Below are positions 1 through 7,689 of a stretch of DNA of 64,000 nt, in pieces (positions within the stretch are counted from its first letter, which is position 1; the number at the start of each line of letters is the position of its first letter). The notes beneath the pieces were generated by a model that had not been told where the DNA came from, did not search any database, and saw only the letters and a list, made by a program, of their open reading frames with translations. A program made the translations under genes and the position numbers. Source of the DNA: an uncultured Saprospiraceae bacterium (GTDB lineage: Bacteria > Bacteroidota > Bacteroidia > Chitinophagales > Saprospiraceae); contig CAZVLN010000004.1 in NCBI GenBank assembly GCA_964627995.1, forward strand, positions 28,682 through 92,681, given 5' to 3'.

Positions 1-1
1 T

Positions 2-136
2 GAAAACTCTAATTTGTGTACATATAGAGAAGATGGCTCACTTTATCAGGTGTTTTCAATATTCAACAAATATAGATTAATAGATGAATTTGGAGTGACA
101 TTTGAGTATCGAGTTTTTGAAAGTGAGGAAGAGTAG
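2..136 (+). CDS. 3' end of an unidentified protein-coding gene (partial, enters from upstream of the window)
   Basis: Frame 2 is open from the window edge to TAG at 134-136 (..YQVFSIFNKYRLIDEFGVTFEYRVFESEEE*). No recognisable motif. Confidence 0.3.
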   Translation, partial: ENSNLCTYREDGSLYQVFSIFNKYRLIDEFGVTFEYRVFESEEE

Positions 137-309
137 CTTATGCCAATTTTTCTTGCAGCGAATTAGTCTGAGCATCTTTAAGCATCAGATCGAACATATA
201 AAGAATCCTGTCCTGATGCACGGCATTTACAAATAGACAAAATGGATACAAAGGGATACAAAATAGATATGTTTCATTATATTTGCTATTAGATAGAAAT
301 AGATACAAA

Positions 310-1395
310 ATGGATATGTCTAATAAAATGGATAAAAAGCTTGACTTTGGAAGTAAAAAATACTTGCAGCTTGGTAAGTTATTAGGCCAGATAGACACCT
401 TCAAAGGATCGTGGCAGGAAATAGAGCACAAGGAGGCAAGATACTTAAAGGAGCTCCGTCAATTGGCCACCGTGGCTAGTGTGGGCTCATCGACAAGAAT
501 TGAAGGAGTGAAGATGACAGATGCAGAAATCGAAAAGCTGTTGAGGTCGGTAAAAATCAATAAGCTTGAAAAGAGAGATGAACAAGAAGTGGTGGGCTAT
601 TATGATGCTCTACAAGTGATTTTAGATCATTATCAAGACATGGAATTGACTGAACGGTACATCCATCAATTGCATGGAATATTATTGAAGCATAGTAGCA
701 AAGATCAAAATCATAAAGGACGGTATAAGCAGCTATCGAATAAAGTAGTAGCGAATTATCCGGATGGGACTCAAAGGCTTATATTTAATACAACAGAACC
801 ACACCTAACCCAGAGCGAAATCCAACAACTTTTAGTATGGACCAATGGGGCCATTACATCCGAAGAAATCCATCCACTACTTATCGTTGGATCCTTCGTG
901 TACGAGTTTTTGTCGATCCACCCCTACCAAGACGGTAATGGGAGATTATCCAGATTGCTGACGACGATGTTATTGATGCAACAAGGCTATGATTTTGTTC
1001 AATACATCTCTTTTGAGCATGTGATTGAGTCGAGAAAGAATGCATATTATAAATCTTTAATGCAAGGTCAAAAAGACCGATATACCGATGATGAAAAGAT
1101 AGATGAATGGATGACCTTTTTCCTGGAATGTATGATCGATTTAACTGAAAGATTGAAGAAAAAATACGCAATGTATAGTAAGATTAAATTGGAGATAAAT
1201 GATCGGCAGAAATCAATTTTATCACTTATAGAAAAAGAGAAAACGACAAAGATAGGAGCGATAGAAAAAGCCTTAACCGATGAATCGAGAAACACCATCA
1301 AAAAGGACTTAAGATATCTTCTAAATGAAGGATTGATATTAAGAACAGGATCAGGTCGAGGGGTTCAGTATCACCATATTGATAAAGAAGAATAG
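310..1395 (+). CDS. Fic family protein (Fic/DOC domain with C-terminal winged-helix-like tail)
   Basis: Fic active-site motif HPYQDGNGRLSR (HxFx[DE]GNGRxxR with Y for F). The ORF opens at TTG 283. The first ATG is at 310 (MDMSNKMDKK). Confidence 0.85.
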   Translation: MDMSNKMDKKLDFGSKKYLQLGKLLGQIDTFKGSWQEIEHKEARYLKELRQLATVASVGSSTRIEGVKMTDAEIEKLLRSVKINKLEKRDEQEVVGYYDALQVILDHYQDMELTERYIHQLHGILLKHSSKDQNHKGRYKQLSNKVVANYPDGTQRLIFNTTEPHLTQSEIQQLLVWTNGAITSEEIHPLLIVGSFVYEFLSIHPYQDGNGRLSRLLTTMLLMQQGYDFVQYISFEHVIESRKNAYYKSLMQGQKDRYTDDEKIDEWMTFFLECMIDLTERLKKKYAMYSKIKLEINDRQKSILSLIEKEKTTKIGAIEKALTDESRNTIKKDLRYLLNEGLILRTGSGRGVQYHHIDKEE

Positions 1396-1439
1396 AAAGT
1401 TGTATGCTTTTACACTCACATGAATGTATAGTTTTTGAC

Positions 1440-2270
1440 GATTCCGCTTCACACGAATGAAAGGCTTCGACTATTTCTCAAAGTGAACTACACGGTCCTG
1501 ACAGAGAAGCGGCAGAGCGCTTTGGAGTTCTGCCTAAGGCAGTGTGTACCGTCTCATTCCTGCGGTTTGTCCCTGTGATGGTAAGTCAGCACGCTGCACC
1601 GGTGTTGGTCTTCAAAAATCGCGGCCCTGCTTGTAGTGAGCCCGCCGAACTGAGCCCGCTGAAGGGTCGAAGGGTAACAACGAAAGATGGGGGAAGACGA
1701 TGTGTGCGCAGCCAATAAATCCGTAAGCGTCCGAGCAACTGCACATTGTTACCCGCATTCCTTGATACACCTTTATTCCAAATTAAAGGATAAGGAAAAT
1801 CCGGAGTTGCTAGCGGTTCAATTTGTTTCTTTTCTTGTCTGAACCACTGATTTTTTTGATTCAATGATTAGCAGGATTGGGGATTGTATTTTTTTGAGAG
1901 GGAACGGTTGGTCATGGTCCCTTTTGTGGTGGGTTGGTAATGGGTAGAGACGCAATGCATTTCGTCTCTACAGATTCCAAAAACAATTTCGGTCCCCAAT
2001 CCAAAACCCCGGGATCCAGCGTGCATGGGGTCAAATCATGTTGAAAAGACACCCTGTATCGCGTATCGACCAAACCATTCTCAAAAATGCGAGGTCAAAA
2101 ACCTACCCGCGCAGCGCGCGGAAGCGTGAGGGGTACGTAGGGCGCACCGCCGAAGGTGGTGCGGTGCGAAGAGGTGAAGGCGGGCCCAAGCAATTGGGAA
2201 CGCACTCACCTCAAGTACGGTACCCCGGAGGGGCCCGACCGCAGCACTTTTTTGCTGTTTTGGGTGCGTT
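1440..2270. repeat. Composite block of G+C-rich hairpin-forming repeats (no credible ORF)
   Basis: ORF-free 1.16 kb spacer that is visibly G+C-rich against an AT-rich genome. Stems include ccgcttc 1444-1450 / gaagcgg 1506-1512, gggtaacaa 1672-1680 / ttgttaccc 1747-1755, a 9-bp hairpin at 1944-1971, and cgcaccgcc/ggtggtgcg at 2143-2163. The family core gcccgacc (reverse complement GGTCGGGC) is at 2233-2240. Confidence 0.6.
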
Positions 2271-2553
2271 CCTTTGACTTTTAATCTCATAGCAGATGAA
2301 ATCTATTCTTTCCAAAATAACCTGATGTCAGCAAAAATGTGCTGGGGGCACGCCCAAAAAACTGCCCTTAATAGATATGCTGGAAAGGTGATTTCTCGTT
2401 ATCAAGACAATAGAGATAAAGGGAATGGAACAGCTTTAAATTTTCTTATCTTTGATTTATAACCGGCCGGGTGAAGATGGAAATGAGGTGTGTGTGTGAT
2501 GGGATATTGAGGCGCAGCGGGGAGCTTCACTTCGGGACGAAAATATATATAAT

Positions 2554-3759
2554 ATGGGATGCGCAGGATGTGCCACGGGAACCGATGGTTCGCCGAAAGG
2601 CTGCAAAAGTAATGGAGGCTGCTCGACTGGAGGATGCAATAAACTGAATACTTTCGACTGGATTTCCGTGATGGATATTCACGATCCGATCGAATTCAAG
2701 TTTGTGGAAGTGAGTTTTAAGTCGGGAGCCACTAAAGAATTTTTTAAGATGCCGGATAATGTCCACGCCGTAACCGGTGATATGGTGGTAGTGGACGATA
2801 AGGGGGGGTACAACATAGGGCAAGTGAGTCTCAGTGGCGAGTTGGTCCGGCTGCAAATGAAGAAAAAACGCGTAAAAGAAGATCGGATTATGCACGAGGT
2901 GATCCGCCTTGCTCACGAGCGTGATCTGGAAAAAGTGCAAGAGGCGCGCGAACGCGAACATCCCGCCATGGTAAGAGCTCGCGCTATTGCTCGCACCTTG
3001 GGCTTAGAGATGAAAGTCGGCGATGTCGAGTATCGGGCTGACTTGCGTAAAGCAACTTTTTACTATACGGCTGAAGGACGCGTGGATTTTCGCGAATTGG
3101 TTCGCTCTTATGCGAGCGAATTTCGCATAAAAGTAGAAATGCGCCAAATTGGTGCGCGCCAGGAGTCGGGACGTATTGGCGGTTTGGGCCCTTGTGGTCG
3201 GGAACTGTGCTGTTCCACCTGGCTGACGGATTTTAAGTCGGTGTCAACTTCGGCCGCACGCTATCAAAACCTATCCATTAATCAAGCTAAACTTTCCGGG
3301 CAATGCGGTCGTTTAAAATGCTGCCTCAATTATGAGTTGGATACGTATATGGAGGCGCTTAAGGATTTTCCTAAACGGGCAGATAGGTTGTATACACAGC
3401 AAGGAAAGGCGCAGAAAATTAAGATGGATATCTTCAAACGGCAAATTTATTACATGCTGGAAGATGGGCGAGGTCGCCGACAGGTCATACCCCTCGGTAT
3501 AGATCGTGTCAAGGAGATCCTTCACATGAATAAAAATGATGAAAAACCGGAAACATTAGTAGATGTAGATGCGATACAAGAAGATGAGCCGGAATATGAT
3601 TTCGAGTCTAATGTAACCGGTGTCGTGGACCTGCCTAAAGAGAAGAAACGGAAAAAATCGCGCGGGCGTAACAAACGTTCCAACCGGAAGAAAGGGAGAA
3701 AGCCAAACTCAAATCGAAACCATAATTCTAAGGATAATAATAAAGGAAAAAAGAAATGA
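2554..3759 (+). CDS. PSP1 domain protein (RicT/YaaT-like) with Cys-rich N-terminus and polybasic C-terminal tail
   Basis: N-terminus is MGCAGCATGTDGSPKGCKSNGGCSTGGC. The central region resembles PSP1 (..GRELCCSTWL..CGRLKCCLNYE..). The C-terminus is KKRKKSRGRNKRSNRKKGRK... The stop overlaps the lpdA start (ATGA at 3756-3759). Confidence 0.7.
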   Translation: MGCAGCATGTDGSPKGCKSNGGCSTGGCNKLNTFDWISVMDIHDPIEFKFVEVSFKSGATKEFFKMPDNVHAVTGDMVVVDDKGGYNIGQVSLSGELVRLQMKKKRVKEDRIMHEVIRLAHERDLEKVQEAREREHPAMVRARAIARTLGLEMKVGDVEYRADLRKATFYYTAEGRVDFRELVRSYASEFRIKVEMRQIGARQESGRIGGLGPCGRELCCSTWLTDFKSVSTSAARYQNLSINQAKLSGQCGRLKCCLNYELDTYMEALKDFPKRADRLYTQQGKAQKIKMDIFKRQIYYMLEDGRGRRQVIPLGIDRVKEILHMNKNDEKPETLVDVDAIQEDEPEYDFESNVTGVVDLPKEKKRKKSRGRNKRSNRKKGRKPNSNRNHNSKDNNKGKKK

Positions 3760-5159
3760 AATACGATCTTATAGTAGTGGGATCTGGCCCAGGCGGATAT
3801 GTCTGTGCGATCCGTGCAGCGCAATTGGGTATGAAAACGGCTATCATTGAAAAATATGATACGCTTGGAGGTACTTGTCTCAATGTGGGTTGCATTCCGT
3901 CAAAAGCCTTACTGGATTCTTCCGAACATTTTCACGCGGCAACCGATAAATTCGAAACGCACGGTATTGATCTGAAAGGTCTGGAGGTGAATATGCCGCA
4001 AATGATAAAACGGAAGGCGAGTGTGGTTCAAGAGAATGTGGACGGCATTCAGTTTTTGATGAAAAAGAATAAAATCGATGTCCATCACGGGTGGGGTAGT
4101 TTCAAAGATGAGCATACCATCACCATTGACAAAGGCGAGGAGGGATCGGAAGAAATTACAGGAGAGCACATTGTTATCGCTACCGGGTCTAAGCCCAATA
4201 CGCCGGAAATGTTTAAGTACGATAAAAAGCGCGTGATTACTTCTACCGAAGCGCTGGAGATCACGAAGGTGCCGAAGAAAATGGTGGTCGTCGGAGCTGG
4301 CGTTATTGGGCTCGAGCTCGGATCCGTTTTTGCACGGATTGGTACTGAAGTGACGGTGGTAGAATATATGGATCGTGCATTAGCTACCATGGATAAGGAC
4401 TGTGGCAAAGAATTGGTGAAGTCGATGAAAAAGTTGGGTGTAAAATTCCATTTCAACTTAGGTGTAAGTAAAGTCAAAGCAACTTCACGCTCGGTAACGG
4501 TCACAGCGAAAGCTAGAGAAGGAGATGATACCCAGGAATTCAAAGCCGATTACTGTCTGGTATCCATCGGCCGTCATGCCTACACAAAGGGGCTAAAATT
4601 GGAAAATGCCGGCCTGAAGACGAATGACAACGGGCAAGTGGAAGTGAACGATAAACTGCAAACCGAAAAATCACATATTTACGCGATTGGAGATGTAATT
4701 CGTGGAGCGATGCTGGCCCATAAGGCGGAGGAAGAAGGCGTTTTGGTAGCTGAAATTATGGCGGGTCAAAAACCGCATATCGATTATAACCTGATTCCTA
4801 ATGTGGTCTATACCTGGCCAGAAGTCGCTTCCGTAGGGAAATCTGAAGCGGACTTGAAAGAAGCAGGGGTGCCGATTAAAGTGGGGAAATTCCCTTATAA
4901 AGCATTGGGGCGAGCCCGTGCGAGTATGGATACCGAGGGGCTGATCAAATTGATTGCCCATAAAGATACGGACCGATTGCTGGGTGCGCACATCATCGGA
5001 GCACGTGCGGCGGACTTGATTATGGAGGCCGTTGCAGTGATGGAATTCAAGGGCTCCGCTGAAGATATGGCGCGCATGAGTCACCCACATCCGACCTATA
5101 GTGAGGGGATGAAAGAGGCGGCCATGGCAGCGACTGCAAAACGGCCGATACATATGTGA
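3756..5159 (+). CDS. lpdA: Dihydrolipoyl dehydrogenase (E3 component)
   Basis: FAD-binding GSGPGGY, redox-active disulfide motif GGTCLNVGCIPSKALL, and C-terminal HPHPTYSE interface motif. Length 467 aa. Confidence 0.95.
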   Translation: MKYDLIVVGSGPGGYVCAIRAAQLGMKTAIIEKYDTLGGTCLNVGCIPSKALLDSSEHFHAATDKFETHGIDLKGLEVNMPQMIKRKASVVQENVDGIQFLMKKNKIDVHHGWGSFKDEHTITIDKGEEGSEEITGEHIVIATGSKPNTPEMFKYDKKRVITSTEALEITKVPKKMVVVGAGVIGLELGSVFARIGTEVTVVEYMDRALATMDKDCGKELVKSMKKLGVKFHFNLGVSKVKATSRSVTVTAKAREGDDTQEFKADYCLVSIGRHAYTKGLKLENAGLKTNDNGQVEVNDKLQTEKSHIYAIGDVIRGAMLAHKAEEEGVLVAEIMAGQKPHIDYNLIPNVVYTWPEVASVGKSEADLKEAGVPIKVGKFPYKALGRARASMDTEGLIKLIAHKDTDRLLGAHIIGARAADLIMEAVAVMEFKGSAEDMARMSHPHPTYSEGMKEAAMAATAKRPIHM

Positions 5160-5167
5160 TTGGGGAT

Positions 5168-5608
5168 GTTGAATTGTTGAGTCGTTTAATTGTTTAATCG
5201 TTTAATCGTTGAATTGTTGAATCGTTTAATCGTTGAATTGTTTCAATTCCACCAATTAAACAGTTAAACGCTTAAACGGTAAACAGCAAACGGCAAACTG
5301 CTATTTGTTGAGTCGTTGAATTGTTGAATCGTTGATTTGTTTCTATTCCACCAATTAAACAGTTAAACGCTTAAACGGTAAACAGCAAACGGCAAACTGC
5401 TATTTGTTGAGTCGTTGAATTGTTGAATCGTTGATTTGTTTCTATTCCGCCAATTAAACAGTTAAACGCTTAAACGGTAAACAGCAAACGGCAAACTGCT
5501 ATTTGTTGAGTCGTTGAATTGTTGAATCGTTGATTTGTTTCAATTCCACCAATTAAACAGTTAAACGCTTAAACGCTTAAACGGCATACGGCAAACAGCA
5601 AACAGCAG
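5168..5608. repeat. 99-bp tandem repeat array, about 4.4 copies, with nested 7-8 nt sub-repeats
   Basis: The string ctatttgttgagtcgttgaattg starts at 5301, 5400 and 5499, giving an exact 99-bp period. A longer variant copy lies at 5168-5300 and a variant last copy at 5499-5608. Each unit is a block of NGTTKAAT repeats followed by an inverted block of TTAAACNN repeats. Confidence 0.95.
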
Positions 5609-5611
5609 GAA

Positions 5612-6688
5612 TTAGTATCTCGTGACCAAAGCCAGCCCCTGGAAGTCATCCAAGTCTCCCTCAGACAAAAAGACATTATCTCCGCCGAATCGTAAGTTCT
5701 CTTCTATCATATCGTCGATAATATCATCGATCACACCCTTTTCTGTCGTTTGATCTTCATCCACGAGTTTGAGGCGATCATCTTCCGTGATTATGGCGGG
5801 TTGGAAAAGTCCTTCCTCAATAAACAAGGTTCTACCCCTTCCCATACGAATGGCACTCCAAATATCATTAAAGTCACTCATAAACTGCCCGGAGTTCACG
5901 GCCTGGCGAAGTTCCTCTAAGCGCTCTTCATTTTTCATTTTATTATAATCCTTAACCATGGGCCAGGCATCAGTTATAATATGGGATGCCTCTTCACCCA
6001 TTCGGTTTTTGTTGAGGTGGCCGATGATGACCTCGCGCTTATCGGCTATTTTGCGATAATGATAATAATTGCGCTCCTCCGTTACCAGAACTAATGGAAG
6101 TGGCCGTTGATTTAGCTGTTTTATAACCTCTTTATCCACGCGATTGAAAAACTCCTCGATCAGCCGATCTGTCCCTTTGGCCATAGACAACTTGTGCTTG
6201 TCAGTGGAAAAGAGATTCTCATTTTCTATGGGGAATTCCCCTTTCAGCTCTCGACCAACTTGATCGTTGTAGGCCTCAATTAAGCGAGCTTTTTCCCGGC
6301 TCAGCACTAAGGCATAATATGCAGCATCTTGCTGTGAGGCTCTAACCAGGGGCCTTGTCGCAAAAGTAGGATCTACTACAATTCTATTTTCCAAAGTAAA
6401 AGGCACCCTTGCAAATTCTGCAATATCATTTTCATCGGCGAAGAGCACCAGACCTTCTTGATTGTAATTATGGTCAATTTCGTTTGCAGCTTTTTGTATA
6501 TTTTCCATTACGGCACGCGCCAATCTCACCTCATAATCTGCATGCAATCTCTTTTCAAGATCTTGAATCATACTGCGGAGTCGAATTTCATCTTTTTCAT
6601 TTTCTGGCCGCGTTCTATGCGTTTTCATCAATAAAGTTACACAACAATCACTTTGCACATCTTTCAATTCTTTAAATAGGGCGTTCAT
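5612..6688 (-). CDS. eRF1/Pelota-like protein (bacterial archaeo-eukaryotic release factor, baeRF-type); function unknown
   Basis: 358 aa. The N-terminal CCVTLLMKTHRTRPENEKD and the C-terminal GGDNVFLSEGDLDDFQGLALVTRY resemble the ..G..V.i.S....G..l..fGGiaAiLRy ending of the eRF1/Pelota C-domain. No GGQ motif. Assignment rests on remembered family features only. Confidence 0.5.
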   Translation of the reverse strand: MNALFKELKDVQSDCCVTLLMKTHRTRPENEKDEIRLRSMIQDLEKRLHADYEVRLARAVMENIQKAANEIDHNYNQEGLVLFADENDIAEFARVPFTLENRIVVDPTFATRPLVRASQQDAAYYALVLSREKARLIEAYNDQVGRELKGEFPIENENLFSTDKHKLSMAKGTDRLIEEFFNRVDKEVIKQLNQRPLPLVLVTEERNYYHYRKIADKREVIIGHLNKNRMGEEASHIITDAWPMVKDYNKMKNEERLEELRQAVNSGQFMSDFNDIWSAIRMGRGRTLFIEEGLFQPAIITEDDRLKLVDEDQTTEKGVIDDIIDDMIEENLRFGGDNVFLSEGDLDDFQGLALVTRY

Positions 6689-6741
6689 ATTATTTGCATT
6701 TATTTGCCATTGAAAATAAGAAAAATTGGCCTAAGAAAAGA

Positions 6742-7416
6742 TTATTCAGCCTCCTTTCCTGCAATGACCAGCGTGATTTCGCCTCGTATTTTTGTCCGGC
6801 TTTCGAGTTCCTCCAAGATTTCTGCTAAACTGCCACGTAAGAATTCTTCGTGAATTTTACTGATTTCACGAGCTAGACAGGCCGGTCTATTTGGTCCCAA
6901 AAACTCGACAAGTTTTTTCAGGTCTTTGACTGCCTTATAGGGAGACACGTAGAGTACCATAGTTTCTTCCGATTGTTGCAAATAACTAAGGCGTTTATTC
7001 TTGCCTTTTTTGGGTGGAAGGAAGCCCTCAAAATAAAATCGATCGCAGGGTAGGCCTGAAGCGACAAGTGCCGGCAAAAAAGCGGTAGATCCCGGCAATA
7101 CTGTGAGTGAAATATTTGCTTCTACACATGCGCGCACCAGCAAAAAACCCGGATCGGAAATTCCCGGCATGCCCGCGTCAGAAATTTGAGCGATATTTTT
7201 ACCTGCCTGAAGCTCGGCCACTAGTCCCTCTAAGCGGTGGTGTTCATTGTGCATGTGAAAAGACGCGAGCGGGGTATCGATTTCATAGTGATTACAGAGC
7301 TTTTTGGCCTGTCGCGTATCTTCGGCAAGAATTTGATCTACTTCCCGAAGTGTTGATACTGCCCGATGGCTCATATCTTGTAAGTTGCCGATAGGAGTAG
7401 GCACTACATATAGCAT
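6742..7416 (-). CDS. rsmI: 16S rRNA (cytidine1402-2'-O)-methyltransferase
   Basis: N-terminus is MLYVVPTPIGNLQDMSHRAVSTLREVDQILAEDTR, typical of RsmI. Length 224 aa. The start overlaps the purS stop by 1 nt (TAATG). Confidence 0.9.
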   Translation of the reverse strand: MLYVVPTPIGNLQDMSHRAVSTLREVDQILAEDTRQAKKLCNHYEIDTPLASFHMHNEHHRLEGLVAELQAGKNIAQISDAGMPGISDPGFLLVRACVEANISLTVLPGSTAFLPALVASGLPCDRFYFEGFLPPKKGKNKRLSYLQQSEETMVLYVSPYKAVKDLKKLVEFLGPNRPACLAREISKIHEEFLRGSLAEILEELESRTKIRGEITLVIAGKEAE

Positions 7417-7676
7417 TATGCTCCCTCTTTCGGTTTCACTTCATAGGAATACCCTTCCATGATTACGTTAGCCAGTAACTTTTTACATGCGCGCTCTACG
7501 ATTTCTTCAGCATTCTCCTGATTTTCAGCCTCCAGCTCCATTCGCACATGTTTACCGATTCGAAGTTTTTCAACAGCTTCAATCTCGATATTATGCAGAT
7601 TTTTTAGCACTGCCTTTCCCTGAGGATCCAAAAGTTCTTCAAGCGGCATGATATCAATATGAGCGATAAATTTCAT
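7416..7676 (-). CDS. purS: Phosphoribosylformylglycinamidine synthase subunit PurS
   Basis: 86 aa, with the PurS-like LDPQGKAVLKNLHNI motif. Confidence 0.8.
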   Translation of the reverse strand: MKFIAHIDIMPLEELLDPQGKAVLKNLHNIEIEAVEKLRIGKHVRMELEAENQENAEEIVERACKKLLANVIMEGYSYEVKPKEGA

Positions 7677-7689
7677 AGTAGATGATTTT

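Noticed and set aside
1596-1646. Cobalamin-riboswitch-like string (ccggtg..aaaatc..gcggccctgc..tgtagtgag)
   Set aside because: The resemblance to the B12-box region is only loose. There is no GCCACTG box, the downstream gene is not B12-related, and the B12-dependent icmF is 10 kb away.
1793-1806. RNase P RNA-like motif aggaaaatccggag
   Set aside because: It differs from GGAAAGUCCGG. The other universally conserved RNase P blocks are absent or in the wrong order in the surrounding sequence.
1586-2290. ORFs 1586-1864(-), 2038-2277(+) and 2081-2290(-) in the G+C-rich block
   Set aside because: They are Arg/Pro/Gly/Ala-rich low-complexity translations that overlap each other on opposite strands. 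They have no recognisable domain and coincide with hairpin repeats, so they are treated as non-coding.
4085-5153. Antisense ORFs inside lpdA (4085-4543, 4671-5153, 4895-5077)
   Set aside because: These are shadow ORFs opposite a high-confidence gene. The same reasoning applies to other antisense ORFs inside icmF, recG, clpX, glyA, the GT2 genes and others.
5168-5608. The tandem repeat array as a CRISPR array or replication origin
   Set aside because: The units are contiguous with no unique spacers, and no cas genes are present. No DnaA-box-like TTATCCACA motifs or dnaA/dnaN neighbourhood were seen.
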